Assembly: GCA_965242525.1 (NCBI GenBank)
Contig: OZ251459.1
Location: forward strand, 2,464,001-2,528,000
Direction of reading: 5' to 3'
Source: an uncultured Candidatus Binatia bacterium
GTDB lineage: Bacteria; Desulfobacterota; Binatia; UBA9968; JAJDTQ01
Length of the DNA stretch: 64,000 nt
In this document: positions 1-9,865 of the stretch, in pieces
Layout: each line of letters starts with the position of its first letter
Position numbering within the stretch: the first letter of the stretch is position 1
Notes under the pieces: model-generated
Seen by the model: only the letters and a program-made list of their open reading frames with translations
Told to the model about the DNA's origin: nothing
The model's database searches: none
Made by a program: the position numbers and the translations under genes

Positions 1-297
1 AGGATCAGCTCTCCGCCCACGGTCAGCCCCTGCTACTACGGCATCGACACCCCCACCCACAAGGAGCTCATCGCCTCGGTCAAGTCCCTGGACGGCATCC
101 GCGAGTTCATCGGCGCGGACTCCCTGGCCTACCTCAGCCGGGAGGGCCTCTACACCTTCTTCGAGGGCGACGACGCCGGCTTCTGCGACGCCTGCTTCAC
201 AGCCAACTACCCGGTGCTGTCCGACGACGTGGGCAAGACGCCCCAGTTGCACCTGTTCGAGGCGGTTGGCGGCCCGCGCCAAAAAACCGGTCGATAG
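1..297 (+). CDS. purF: Amidophosphoribosyltransferase, 3' end (partial)
   Basis: Frame 1 reads [26 protein letters not shown]...[10 protein letters not shown]...[11 protein letters not shown], the PurF C-terminus; TAG at 295-297. Confidence 0.93.
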   Translation, partial: RISSPPTVSPCYYGIDTPTHKELIASVKSLDGIREFIGADSLAYLSREGLYTFFEGDDAGFCDACFTANYPVLSDDVGKTPQLHLFEAVGGPRQKTGR

Positions 298-329
298 GGT
301 ATAATGCAAAACTGCAAAGGGGGCCGTTT

Positions 330-1229
330 ATGAATAGAGGAAAGCAAGGCAAGGATGACAAGAATTCGGAAGCTGCATCCGAAGCTGTGAAAGGGGCCGC
401 GGATGAGATGAACCGATCATTGGACGAGTTGGTCAGGTTTTTTGACATGATATTCGCCCTTCGTAATATAGTGATACTGTATGCAGTGCTGGCTATCATA
501 GCAATTATAGCTTTTTTCTGGATTTTGTATAAGCTTGGGTATTTTTCAGAGTTGGGCCTCGATTCACCACGTCAAGTTCTTTTCTTGTCGACGGTCGTTC
601 TAGCGGTGTTTTATGGAGCAGTCTTCACTGCATCTTGCGTCTATAGATTTCAACTACGAAAGCTGTACGAGAAAGAGTATGACCAATACGAGCAGTCCGC
701 AGGCGGCATACCGAATATATGGGCCACTTGGTTTTTGCCTCTCGCTTCCATTCTTTTGGTACTCGGCGTGCAGGTCTCGTCTATCCAAGACCTAAGCATA
801 GATGCTCCGGGACAGCTTCGTTACATCTTGGCATTTAATGCGGCTAGATTGGTCATTCTCTTAATGATTGGAATGGAATTGTCCTATTTCGTTCAAAAGC
901 ATCACGGTATTCATCGATGGTCGGTATTGGTTACGGTATCGCTGCTTCTCGATTTCGTGTCATATATCATCATGATAGTGGGGCTGGAAGAACCGATGTT
1001 TCCCGGGAATAGCAACCAGAGCGGAGAAAACCTGTCGGAGACGAAAGTTGAAAGTAGTAAAGCTCTGTACGTGATGGTGCTGGGCGTTGCGTCGCTTTGC
1101 TCAAGTTATTACACTATAGTGAAGGCTCGGCAGACAGATGAAGTTTTGGGATTCATGCAAAGGAACCTCTCTATTCCTCATTCCCAGGAGGATAAAGGTA
1201 GCGAAAAGAGAAAGCAAGAGGTAGGATAG
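330..1229 (+). CDS. Hypothetical multi-pass membrane protein; last ~22 codons derive from the IS5 end
   Basis: 299-aa ORF, lower GC, about 6 hydrophobic segments; TATAAT at 300-305 upstream. Confidence 0.7.
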   Translation: MNRGKQGKDDKNSEAASEAVKGAADEMNRSLDELVRFFDMIFALRNIVILYAVLAIIAIIAFFWILYKLGYFSELGLDSPRQVLFLSTVVLAVFYGAVFTASCVYRFQLRKLYEKEYDQYEQSAGGIPNIWATWFLPLASILLVLGVQVSSIQDLSIDAPGQLRYILAFNAARLVILLMIGMELSYFVQKHHGIHRWSVLVTVSLLLDFVSYIIMIVGLEEPMFPGNSNQSGENLSETKVESSKALYVMVLGVASLCSSYYTIVKARQTDEVLGFMQRNLSIPHSQEDKGSEKRKQEVG

Positions 1230-2027
1230 GAGGATTACAGGGAAGTGGAGGCAGAGGGCATGAAACAGCAGACGTTTGGCGCGGTGAATTTCGAGAAGTA
1301 CGGCAAGCAGACGCGGAAGGGGAAGTTCCTGGAGGAGATGAACGCGGTGATCCCGTGGCGGGAGCTTGTGGAGGCGGTAGAGCCGTACTATCCGCAGCCG
1401 CAGGGTGCGGGTCGGCGTCCGGTGGGGATCGAGCGGATGTTGCGGATACACTTTCTGCAGCAATGGTTCAGCCTGTCGGACCCTGGGGTGGAAGAAGCGC
1501 TGTACGATTCGCGAGCCATGCGGGAGTTCGTGGGGGTGGACCTGGGAGAGGAGCGGGCGCCGGATGAGACGACGATCTGCAAGTTTCGGCATATACTGGA
1601 GCGTCATGGATTGGGGAAGCAGCTATTTCGGACGATGAACGAGCATCTGAAGGGGAAGGGGCTGAAGGTATCGACGGGGACGATAGTGGACGCGAGCGGG
1701 CGGAGGTGGAGCATCTGTTTGGAGTGATGAAGCGAGGATTCGGTTTCACCCGGCTGAGGTACAGGAGGTTGTCAAAGAATGAGCACTACCTGTTCATTAC
1801 TTGTGCTTTGGTCAACATGGTGATGGCGAAGAAGGAGTTATTGCGTGCGGCTGCGTAGATATATGGAGAACATCCCTGGAATATGCTTCCAGGGGTGCAA
1901 AACCCCCCGCTCGACACCTTGAACATTGTTTCTACGACTCTCTCCGGCGTCAAAAGATATTCCTGACATTCGTATCAACTGCATTTGGAATGCTTCCATC
2001 TTGATTCCTGAATTGTTCAGAGGTTCC
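1162..2027 (+). mobile_element. IS5-family element, internally deleted (866 bp)
   Basis: Terminal IRs GGAACCTCT (1162) and AGAGGTTCC (ending 2027); CAAA direct repeats at 1158-1161 and 2028-2031. Confidence 0.88.
1260..1858 (+). pseudogene. IS5 transposase pseudogene (internal deletion and frameshift)
   Basis: N-part MKQQTF...MLRIHFLQQWFSLSDPGVEEALYD...PDETTICKFR...TIVDAS joins out of frame to the C-terminal RAEVEHLFGVMKRGFGFTRLRYR...; central catalytic region absent. Confidence 0.88.
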
Positions 2028-2047
2028 CAAAGTGAAAGGAGGACATA

Positions 2048-2536
2048 ATGGACTCTCTCTTTGGTCGTGTGATAGTGGTGGTGGTCGGAGTGACCATTAC
2101 GGTACTTGTAGTTATTTTGTTAGGTTTATTGTCGGTTCAACAGGAAGAACAGCTAGAAGTCGAGACAAAATTGACACAACGTGTCGAAGAGTTACTAGAA
2201 GAACAGCGCCGTGCTAAGAAGAATGAGGAGAATTTGGAAGAGTCGCTTGAGAAGTTAAAAAGGGCGCGGACGGCCGCGGTTTCGGCATACAAGACGCATC
2301 TAACTGTACTGAAAGGGAAGCTAGGCGACCAGATGATGAGCAAGTCGGATATTGTCCGAAAGATCGAGGTTTTGATCGAAAAGAACAAGAAGTTGCCCGA
2401 CTTGGAAAGAAAACTGTCCGACTTGGAGGGCAGAAATAGGGAACTGAAAAAACGTCTAAAAAATCAAACGGCGATTGCTAGTAGCGCGAAAGACCGTGAG
2501 GGGGTTACAGCAGGTGGCGGTGGGCAAGAACGGTGA
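2048..2536 (+). CDS. Hypothetical protein with N-terminal TM anchor and coiled coil
   Basis: AGGAGG RBS; hydrophobic residues 8-29, then E/K/L-rich heptads. Confidence 0.7.
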   Translation: MDSLFGRVIVVVVGVTITVLVVILLGLLSVQQEEQLEVETKLTQRVEELLEEQRRAKKNEENLEESLEKLKRARTAAVSAYKTHLTVLKGKLGDQMMSKSDIVRKIEVLIEKNKKLPDLERKLSDLEGRNRELKKRLKNQTAIASSAKDREGVTAGGGGQER

Positions 2537-2603
2537 ACAGCGTTTGTCATCATGGATCTGGCGTTCGGGTAATCATGTACCTACAGGCACCTGGTACTCA
2601 ACC

Positions 2604-2816
2604 TTACGCATCTTTCTTCATCGTTGTCCGTACCCAGTGCGCGAGCTCTTCGATGGGGCGCAAGTCATCCAGCTTCTTCGTCAGCTTGAAGGTGATACTT
2701 TGTTCGCCGCGGTTGGTATTCCCGACGTGACGGTATCCTTCCAGCGGCGAGCCCGTCCAGATCGATTCGGGGGAATGGTCCCTGATGACGGCCACCATCA
2801 ACTCGATAGGATTCAA
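2604..2816 (-). pseudogene. Probable internally deleted restriction-endonuclease-like gene coupled to the MTase
   Basis: TTG start overlaps the MTase TGA (TTGA); only 70 aa, too short for an intact REase; family assignment is inference. Confidence 0.4.
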
Positions 2817-3601
2817 CTCGACGCTTCCCACAGTCGATCCCGTCCGTTACCCTTCCAGAGCACGAGGAAATAGGAATGGTTCTTCCGGGCATGGACCTGT
2901 TTGACCACGCGGCTGACCCCCGGACGGTTGTTTCGGATCACCACGAACAGGTCTTCGGCGACAAACTTCATGCCGCGGCACATCTCCATGATCTCGACGT
3001 GCGTAAACCGCTGTCGGTTGGCGCAGACTTCGTCCTGGCATTTCACGATGAATACGCCGCGGCTGCGCAAGACCCGGTATGCTTCCCGGGCTGCTTCCCG
3101 ATAAAGCTCCAGCACCGCTTCGTGGTACTTGGCTCCGGTTCGTCCCCGGGTCCGGTTGTTGGCGTAATAGTTCTCGAACGGCGGGTGGGACTGGTGGGCC
3201 GTGCCCCCCGGGGTATGCATGTAAGGAGGATCCAGGACGACACAGTCGATGCTCCCGTCCCCGTAGGGAAGGCTTCGGCAGTCGACGCCGTCCTGGATAT
3301 CGGTTGCACGAAGGTCATACGCATCGGGCGGGACATTGCGCCAGAAGATCTTTCTGCCGTAGGTCACGTCCGCAACGACGCTGCCCGGTTTTACATACAA
3401 CGCCAGAATACGCGGAAATACCTGTTCGTTCCCTTCTTCGTACGCGCTCAGAACCAGTGCGTTCGTCGCGACACCGTTTCGAACGACGCGCTTCGCTCGT
3501 TTCTCCCGCGCCGAGACAGGGGGCGTCCCCAGCCGCGCCGTCTCGGCAACGTCGAACGATATTTCCGCCTGTCCCGTACCGAGGTCACTCCGCTTTGCCA
3601 A
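2813..3601 (-). CDS. DNA amino-methyltransferase (N6A/N4C)
   Basis: Motif I-like VADVTYGRKIFW, catalytic LDPPY, EAYRVLRSRGVFIVKCQD. Confidence 0.85.
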   Translation of the reverse strand: MAKRSDLGTGQAEISFDVAETARLGTPPVSAREKRAKRVVRNGVATNALVLSAYEEGNEQVFPRILALYVKPGSVVADVTYGRKIFWRNVPPDAYDLRATDIQDGVDCRSLPYGDGSIDCVVLDPPYMHTPGGTAHQSHPPFENYYANNRTRGRTGAKYHEAVLELYREAAREAYRVLRSRGVFIVKCQDEVCANRQRFTHVEIMEMCRGMKFVAEDLFVVIRNNRPGVSRVVKQVHARKNHSYFLVLWKGNGRDRLWEASS

Positions 3602-3646
3602 ACCTGTCCTCCGGGAGATTGCAGTTTATGGGAGCCGGCTCTCCTG

Positions 3647-5425
3647 TCAAGGGCCGGTACCGGGTATGCGCTCGCCGCCGTTATCCTTCACGCGGAGGCC
3701 CCGGGTCCCGTCCGGGTCCAGGGTGACGTCCACGCCCTGGGCGCGGACCGCGACGCCGTAGTCGTTGCGGGCCCGGGCCGGGGAGACGTAGCCTTGGCGC
3801 ACGTCTTCCACCACGTCCTCCGGGGGGCGCTCCCGGGGGGCGCCCACGCCGCCGCCGCCCGGCCGTTCCACCCGCAGCACGTCTCCGCTTCGGAGGCGGC
3901 GGTCGCCGAAACGGGAGGGCAGCGTCTGCTCGTCCTCCCCGCCCGGGTTGACGACACAGGCGCCGGTGGCCCCGGGCCGGCCGCCATCGATGCCCTGGGG
4001 GGCGAGGGCGTGCTTGTCGGTCCTCATGGAGAAGCGCACCTCGTCCTGCAGGATGCGGTACTCGCGAACGAAGCCCAAGCCGCCGCGGTGGCGTCCGGGG
4101 CCGCCCGAGTCGCACAACAGCTCGAACCGCTCCAACCGGGCGGGGAACTCCGATTCGATGATCTCCACCGGGGCGATCTTGCCGTTGCTCAAGTGGAACG
4201 AGGTGGCGGACGCGCCGTCCCTGCCGTTCCTTCCGCCCACCCCGCCGGCGAAGATCTCGTACTGGACGTAGCTGCGCCTGCCGTCCCCGGCCCGGCCGCC
4301 CAGGGCGATGGCGCCGCTGCCCGAGCCCTCGGCGATGGTCCTGTCCGGGACCACCTCGCTCATGGCCCGGAGCACGGCCTCGGCAACCACCAGCGCGGTG
4401 GGCATGTAGGCGTTCACCGCCGCGGGATAGTCGGGGCACACCACCGTGCCCCGGCGGAACCGGGTCTCCACCACCCGGGCCAACCCCCGGTTGACGGGCA
4501 GGAAGGGATCCACCAGGGCCATGAGGCAGTAGTAGCAGCACGCCCGCACCAAGGGCGGCCGGATGTTGGCCGGTCCGGCGGTCTGGGGGCTGCATTCGGA
4601 GAAGTCGAACCGGATGCGCTCGCCGCTCTTCTCCACGGTGACGCGGATGCGCACGGGCTCGCGGAGGTGGATGCCGTCGTTGTCCACGCACGCCTCTCCC
4701 CGGTAGCGGCCGTCCGGCCACGAGGCGATGACCTGCCGCAGCCGGCGCTCGGTCTGGCGTGCGAGCTCATCGGTGGCGGCCGCTACCGTCTCCCTGCCGT
4801 ACTTGTCCAGCAGCTCGGCCAGCCGTCGTTCCCCCAGCCGGTTGGCGCCCACTTGGCCGCGGATGTCCCCCACCACCAGCTCCGGCGTGCGGCTGTTGGC
4901 GTGGATGAGCCATTCGAGCTCGCGCACGGGTCGGCCCGCGTCCATGAACTTCACCGGGGGCAGGTGCAGCCCTTCCTGGAAGATCTCCCGGGCCGTGCCC
5001 GAGCCGCTGCCGGGAACGGCGCCGCCGATGTCGGTCTTGTGCGCCATGCTGGCGCAGAACCCCACCCACGCGCCCCGGTGGAACACGGGGGTGAGCACGC
5101 CCATGTCCGGGGCGTGGGGGCTGCCGCCCCGGTAGGGGTGGTTGACGATGAATGCGTCGCCCTCGCGGAGGTCGACCGCGGGGAAACGCTCCAGCAGGGC
5201 TTCCGCACAGGCGGGAAACGCCCCCATGTGGAGCGGCAGCACCACATGCTGGGCGATGACTTCGCCCCGGGTGTCGAGGAGGGCGCAACTCGCGTCGTGG
5301 GATTCCCGGATGATGGTGGAGAAGCCCGTGCGGAAGAGCGATGTCTGCATCTCCTGCACGATACCGTCCAGCGCGGCGCGAAGGACCTGGACCGTGATGG
5401 GGTCCGCGGCGCGGTTCGCCGACAC
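3647..5425 (-). CDS. Hydantoinase B/oxoprolinase family protein (copy 2)
   Basis: DPITVQV...FSTIIRESHDASCA, NHPYRGGSPHAPD, AHKTDIGG, DSGGPGRHRGG; GTG start at 5425 just after the upstream stop. Confidence 0.92.
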   Translation of the reverse strand: MSANRAADPITVQVLRAALDGIVQEMQTSLFRTGFSTIIRESHDASCALLDTRGEVIAQHVVLPLHMGAFPACAEALLERFPAVDLREGDAFIVNHPYRGGSPHAPDMGVLTPVFHRGAWVGFCASMAHKTDIGGAVPGSGSGTAREIFQEGLHLPPVKFMDAGRPVRELEWLIHANSRTPELVVGDIRGQVGANRLGERRLAELLDKYGRETVAAATDELARQTERRLRQVIASWPDGRYRGEACVDNDGIHLREPVRIRVTVEKSGERIRFDFSECSPQTAGPANIRPPLVRACCYYCLMALVDPFLPVNRGLARVVETRFRRGTVVCPDYPAAVNAYMPTALVVAEAVLRAMSEVVPDRTIAEGSGSGAIALGGRAGDGRRSYVQYEIFAGGVGGRNGRDGASATSFHLSNGKIAPVEIIESEFPARLERFELLCDSGGPGRHRGGLGFVREYRILQDEVRFSMRTDKHALAPQGIDGGRPGATGACVVNPGGEDEQTLPSRFGDRRLRSGDVLRVERPGGGGVGAPRERPPEDVVEDVRQGYVSPARARNDYGVAVRAQGVDVTLDPDGTRGLRVKDNGGERIPGTGP

Positions 5426-5429
5426 GGGT

Positions 5430-7253
5430 TCACGCCCCCGCCTGGCGCCCGTCCGCGGAGGAGGGTTCCGAGGGTCCCGCGGTCCGGGCGCGCTCCCGGC
5501 GCGCGGCCGCGGTCCGCGCCGGGTCCAGCACGAACCCGCCCCGGGTCTCCCGCACCGCCACGCCATAGACCTCCAGGGCCCTTTCCCCGGACACGTAGCC
5601 GTTCTCCACGTCCCTCAGCACCGCTTCCGGGTCCCGTTCCAGGGGTTCCCCGAGGCCGCCTCCCCCGGGGGTCTCCAGCCGGAACACGTCCCCGGCGCGC
5701 ACCGCTATGTCGGAGCAGCGGGAGGGGATCTCCCGGGCCTCCGGCGAACCGGGGTTGAGTATCCCCTTGCCGGTGCGCCCGCTGGCGCCGCCTTCGACCC
5801 CCTTGGGCGCCACCACGTGCTTGGTGGAGCGGAGCGAGAACCGCGTCTCCGGGTTCAGGAACTCGTACTCCCTGACGAACCCCAGGCCGCCGCGGAACCT
5901 GCCGGCGCCGCCCGAGTCCGGCACGAGTTCGAAGCGCCGGAGCCGGGTGGAGAACTCCGACTCGATGATCTCGATGGGCGCGATGCGGGCGTTGGACTGG
6001 TTCACGTTGGTGCCGGAGACCCCGTCCTTGCCGGAGCGGGCGCCGGAGCCGCCGCCGAAGATCTCGTACTGGACGTAGCTCCGTCCGGTCCTGGGGTTCC
6101 TTCCGCCGATGATGATGGAGCGGCTGGCGCAGCCGTCGGCGACCTTCTTGACCGGCGTGAGCTGGCTCAGGGCCTCGAACAGGGCCTCCACCAGCGCGTG
6201 CACCGTGGGGTTGTAGGTGTTCACCGGCGCCGGGAAGTGCGGGTTGAGCACGCTTCCCGGAGGACAGTCGATCTCCACCACCCGGGCGAGCCCCTGGTTG
6301 GTGGGCAGGGCGGGGTCGGTGAGCGCGGTGAGGCAGTACGAACACGCGGCCCGCACCACCGAGGGGCGGATGTTGGCCGGCCCCCGGGTCTGGTCCGCGC
6401 TCCCGGTGAAGTCGAACCGCAGCCGGTCGCCCTGCTTGTGGATGCGCACCCGGATGCGCACGGGCTTGTCCAGGTCCACCCCGTCGCTGTCCAGGAAGCG
6501 TTCCCCCTCCACGCTCCGATCCGGCCAGCCGGCCACCTCGTTGCGCACCCGCTCTTCGGTCAGGTCGAAGAGCCGCCGGTAGGAGGCCAGCACCGTCTCG
6601 CGCCCGTACCTGGCCATCATCTCGCCGAAGCGCCGTTCCCCCAGGCGGGCCGCTCCCACCTGCCCGCGGATGTCCCCCACCACCAGTTCCGGGGTGCGGC
6701 TGTTGGCGGCGATGATCTCCTCGATGTCCCGGTTCGGCTCGAAACGGTGGACGTACCTCACCGGCGGCACCTGGAGCCCTTCCTGATAGACCTCCCGCGC
6801 CTGGCTCCAGCAGCTCCCCGGGACCGGCCCGCCGATGTCGCTCTTGTGGGCCATGGTGGCCGCGAACCCTACCCACGCGCCGTCGAAGAAGATCGGCGTG
6901 AGCACGCCCATGTCCGGGGCGTGGGGGCTGCCGCCGAGGTAGGGATGGTTGGTGAGGAACGCGTCCCCTTCGCGGATCTCCCCGGGCGGATAGTTCCGCA
7001 GCACCCCCTGGGCGCACGCCGGGAAAGCGCCCATATGGAGCGGCAGCACCACGTGCTGCGCCGCCACCTCGCCGTCGCAGGTGAGCAGGGCGCAACTGGC
7101 GTCCTGGGATTCCCGGATGATGGTGGAGAAGCCGGTGCGGAAGAGCGAGTTCTGCATCTCCTGCACGATGCCCGCCAACCGCGCCTGGACCACCTGCAAG
7201 GTGATGGGATCGACGGAGTTTGCGCTTGCCGCGCCGGGTTCCGGATGAGCCAT
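5430..7253 (-). CDS. Hydantoinase B/oxoprolinase family protein (copy 1)
   Basis: DPITLQV...FSTIIRESQDASCA, NHPYLGGSPHAPD, AHKSDIGG, ETPGGGG. Confidence 0.93.
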   Translation of the reverse strand: MAHPEPGAASANSVDPITLQVVQARLAGIVQEMQNSLFRTGFSTIIRESQDASCALLTCDGEVAAQHVVLPLHMGAFPACAQGVLRNYPPGEIREGDAFLTNHPYLGGSPHAPDMGVLTPIFFDGAWVGFAATMAHKSDIGGPVPGSCWSQAREVYQEGLQVPPVRYVHRFEPNRDIEEIIAANSRTPELVVGDIRGQVGAARLGERRFGEMMARYGRETVLASYRRLFDLTEERVRNEVAGWPDRSVEGERFLDSDGVDLDKPVRIRVRIHKQGDRLRFDFTGSADQTRGPANIRPSVVRAACSYCLTALTDPALPTNQGLARVVEIDCPPGSVLNPHFPAPVNTYNPTVHALVEALFEALSQLTPVKKVADGCASRSIIIGGRNPRTGRSYVQYEIFGGGSGARSGKDGVSGTNVNQSNARIAPIEIIESEFSTRLRRFELVPDSGGAGRFRGGLGFVREYEFLNPETRFSLRSTKHVVAPKGVEGGASGRTGKGILNPGSPEAREIPSRCSDIAVRAGDVFRLETPGGGGLGEPLERDPEAVLRDVENGYVSGERALEVYGVAVRETRGGFVLDPARTAAARRERARTAGPSEPSSADGRQAGA

Positions 7254-7332
7254 GGTTCCTTCCGGCAGGCTCCTGGCCTGCTTTGCCCGCGCCGGGGCCG
7301 CGGTCCCGGGGGACGCGCCCCGGCCCCGGCCG

Positions 7333-9402
7333 TCAAACTTTGGCGGTGATGAGCAGGTTCCTGTAGTCGTCCACCCGGGCGCGCTGTTCCGGGTGCACCA
7401 CCGTGGTGGTGTCCATCTGCTCCACCACCGCGGGGCCCGCGAGCTCGTGCCCGGGCTCCAGGCGGTCCCGGTCGTAGATGGGACAGGGCCGGAAGCCGAG
7501 TTCGCGTCCGAAGAATATCCGGCGCTCCCCGGTGCGTGCGTCGGCCACGCTCCTTCCCGTGGGATTGAAGGTTGACAGCCGGGCCCGGGGCGTCCGCCCT
7601 TCGGCCACCAGCCGCACGCTCACCAGCTCCACGGGCTCGGACTCGGCCTTGTGGCCGTGGTGCTGCTCGTGGACCTCGTGGAACCGCCCTTGCACCAATT
7701 CCATGTCCCGCTCCTCCAGCGGCGCGGCCGGACACGGCACCGTGAGCTCGTAGCCCTGGCCGGCGTAGCGCAGGTCCAGGAACGGGGTCAGGACGGTCTC
7801 CGAGTCGGAGAAGCCCTCCTCCCGGAGCCCGTCCCGGGCCTGTTCCATGAGCTCTTCGAACAGGGAGTTCAGGTCGTCGGGCCGGAGCTCCTGCATGGGA
7901 GCGAGCCGGGAGCGCACGTGGTCGTGCTTCACGTCGGACATGAGCAGGCCCAGGGCGGAGTGGACGCCCGGGGTCAGCGGCACCAGCAGGGTCGGGATGC
8001 CCAGGTCCAGGGCCAGCCTGCCGGCGTGCATGGGGCCGGCGCCGCCGAAGGCCACCAGTGTGAACTCCCGGATGTCGTAGCCCCGCTGGGACGACACCGC
8101 CTTGATGGCTTCCTCCATCTTGACGTTGATGATCTTGAGTATGCCTTCCGCGGCCTCGTGGAGGCTCAATCCCAGGGGCCTGGCGATGCGCTCCTCCACC
8201 AGGGTCTCCGCCTTCCCCTTGTCGAGCTTGAGGCGCCCGCCCAGGAAGTGGTCGGGGTCCAGCACCCCCAGTATGACGTTGGCGTCGGTGACGGTGGCGT
8301 TCTCGCCCCCGCGGTCGTAGCAGATGGGACCGGGGTCCGCGCCGGCGCTGTCGGGTCCCACCTGGAGCGCGCCCACGGAGTCGATGCGGGCCACGGTGCC
8401 GCCCCCGGCGCTCACCGTATGGATGTCGAGCATGGGCAGGCTGATGGGCCGCTGGTCGATGCGCCCCTGGGTGGTGACCACCGGGCGGCCCCGGTGGATC
8501 AGGGCCACGTCGCAACTGGTGCCGCCCATGTCGAAGGTGATGAGGTCGTCGATGCCCGCCTTGCCGCTGACCGCCACCGACGAGATCACCCCTCCCGCGG
8601 GCCCGGACAGCACCGTGGCCACGGGTATGCGGGCGGCCGTGCGGAAGGTCGAGACGCCGCCGTTGGACTGCATGATGTAGAGTTGGGGAGTGGCGACTCC
8701 CATCTCCCTCAGGCGCGTCTCCAGCCGGTCCAGGTAGCGGCTCACCACCGGGGCGATGTAGGCGTTGATGACCGTGGTGCTCATGCGGTAGAACTCGCGG
8801 ATCTGCGGCAGCACCTCGCACGACAGCGACAGGCTGGCCTCCGGGAACTCTTCGCCCATGATCTGCTTGACTGCGAGCTCGTGCTCGAGGTTCAGGAAAG
8901 AGAAGAGGAAGCACACGGCCACGGACTCCACGCCCTTGGCCTTGAGGCGGCGGATGGCGGCCGCGGCCTCCTCCCGGTCCACCGGCGTGAGCGTCCTGCC
9001 CTGGAAGTCCACCCGTTCGGGGACTTCCTCGGTGTGGTACGGGGAGGCCAGCAGCCGGGGCTTCTCGAAGAACAGGTCGTAGGTCACCGGCCCGTAGCCC
9101 CGGCTCTGCTCCATGACCTCGTAGATGCCGCGGAACCCCCGGGTCACCAGCAGGCCGGTGACCGCCCCCTTCTCTTCCAGCAGGGCGTTGGTGCCCACGG
9201 TGGTGCCGTGGGAGAAGAAACTCACGTCCCCCGCGGAAACTCCCCGGTCCAGGAACTCCCGCATGCCGTCGAGCACGGCCTGGAACGGCTCCCTGGGAGT
9301 CGAAGGCGTCTTGGCGACGTGGAGTTCGCCGCTGTCCTCGTCGAAGAAAACGAAGTCCGAGAAGGTGCCCCCGGTGTCCACCGCCACTCGATACCTGCCC
9401 AT
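7333..9402 (-). CDS. Hydantoinase A/oxoprolinase family protein (ATP-binding subunit)
   Basis: VDTGGTFSD, HGTTVGTNALLE, SGPAGG, DMGGTSCD, SAGADPGP, FGGAGPMH. Confidence 0.94.
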   Translation of the reverse strand: MGRYRVAVDTGGTFSDFVFFDEDSGELHVAKTPSTPREPFQAVLDGMREFLDRGVSAGDVSFFSHGTTVGTNALLEEKGAVTGLLVTRGFRGIYEVMEQSRGYGPVTYDLFFEKPRLLASPYHTEEVPERVDFQGRTLTPVDREEAAAAIRRLKAKGVESVAVCFLFSFLNLEHELAVKQIMGEEFPEASLSLSCEVLPQIREFYRMSTTVINAYIAPVVSRYLDRLETRLREMGVATPQLYIMQSNGGVSTFRTAARIPVATVLSGPAGGVISSVAVSGKAGIDDLITFDMGGTSCDVALIHRGRPVVTTQGRIDQRPISLPMLDIHTVSAGGGTVARIDSVGALQVGPDSAGADPGPICYDRGGENATVTDANVILGVLDPDHFLGGRLKLDKGKAETLVEERIARPLGLSLHEAAEGILKIINVKMEEAIKAVSSQRGYDIREFTLVAFGGAGPMHAGRLALDLGIPTLLVPLTPGVHSALGLLMSDVKHDHVRSRLAPMQELRPDDLNSLFEELMEQARDGLREEGFSDSETVLTPFLDLRYAGQGYELTVPCPAAPLEERDMELVQGRFHEVHEQHHGHKAESEPVELVSVRLVAEGRTPRARLSTFNPTGRSVADARTGERRIFFGRELGFRPCPIYDRDRLEPGHELAGPAVVEQMDTTTVVHPEQRARVDDYRNLLITAKV

Positions 9403-9494
9403 CGGAGCGGGGTTAACACGATTTACCCGACCGTTCAATCTGGCGAAACTCCGAACGATTCCGGCTCGAACTCCCTTTCCCTGCGGGAAAGCGC

Positions 9495-9700
9495 GTCCTT
9501 CGACTTCGCTACGCTACGCTCAGGACGAACGGGGGACTTCGCTTCGCTACACTCAGGATGAACGGAGGACTTCGACTTCGTTACGCTCGGGACGAACGGG
9601 GGACTTCGCTTCGCTACGCTCAGGATGAACGGGGGACTTCGACTGCGCTACGCTCGGGACGAACGGAAGACTTCGGCTTCGCTACGCTCGGGGCAAACGT
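9495..9700. repeat. Tandem array of six 33-40-bp REP-like units (family A)
   Basis: Head-to-tail GACTTCG(A)CTTCGCTACGCTC(A/G)GGA(C/T)GAACGG copies with no unique spacers. Confidence 0.9.
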
Positions 9701-9756
9701 GGTAATCGTCCAGGGAACGGAGTAGTTGTCCAGGGTTTTCCTGGCTCGGATGCGGG

Positions 9757-9786
9757 TTGACAGGAGCCGGGATTTCTCGATAGAGC
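9757..9786 (+). promoter_or_regulatory. Putative sigma70 promoter of the SDR gene
   Basis: TTGACA at 9757-9762; weak -10 (TAGAGC) 18 bp downstream. Confidence 0.4.
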
Positions 9787-9865
9787 ATTGCCAGGACAGG
9801 TTTCGCGGCGCACCGGCGGCTCGGCGTACCGGGCGGCCGACCGACACGACCGGAGAGGAGCACGC

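Noticed and set aside
2876-5758. 960-aa plus-strand ORF
   Set aside because: Antisense shadow of the MTase and hydantoinase B genes in high-GC DNA
9495-9700. Possible CRISPR array
   Set aside because: Units are contiguous with no unique spacers and no cas genes; the unit matches a dispersed REP-like family
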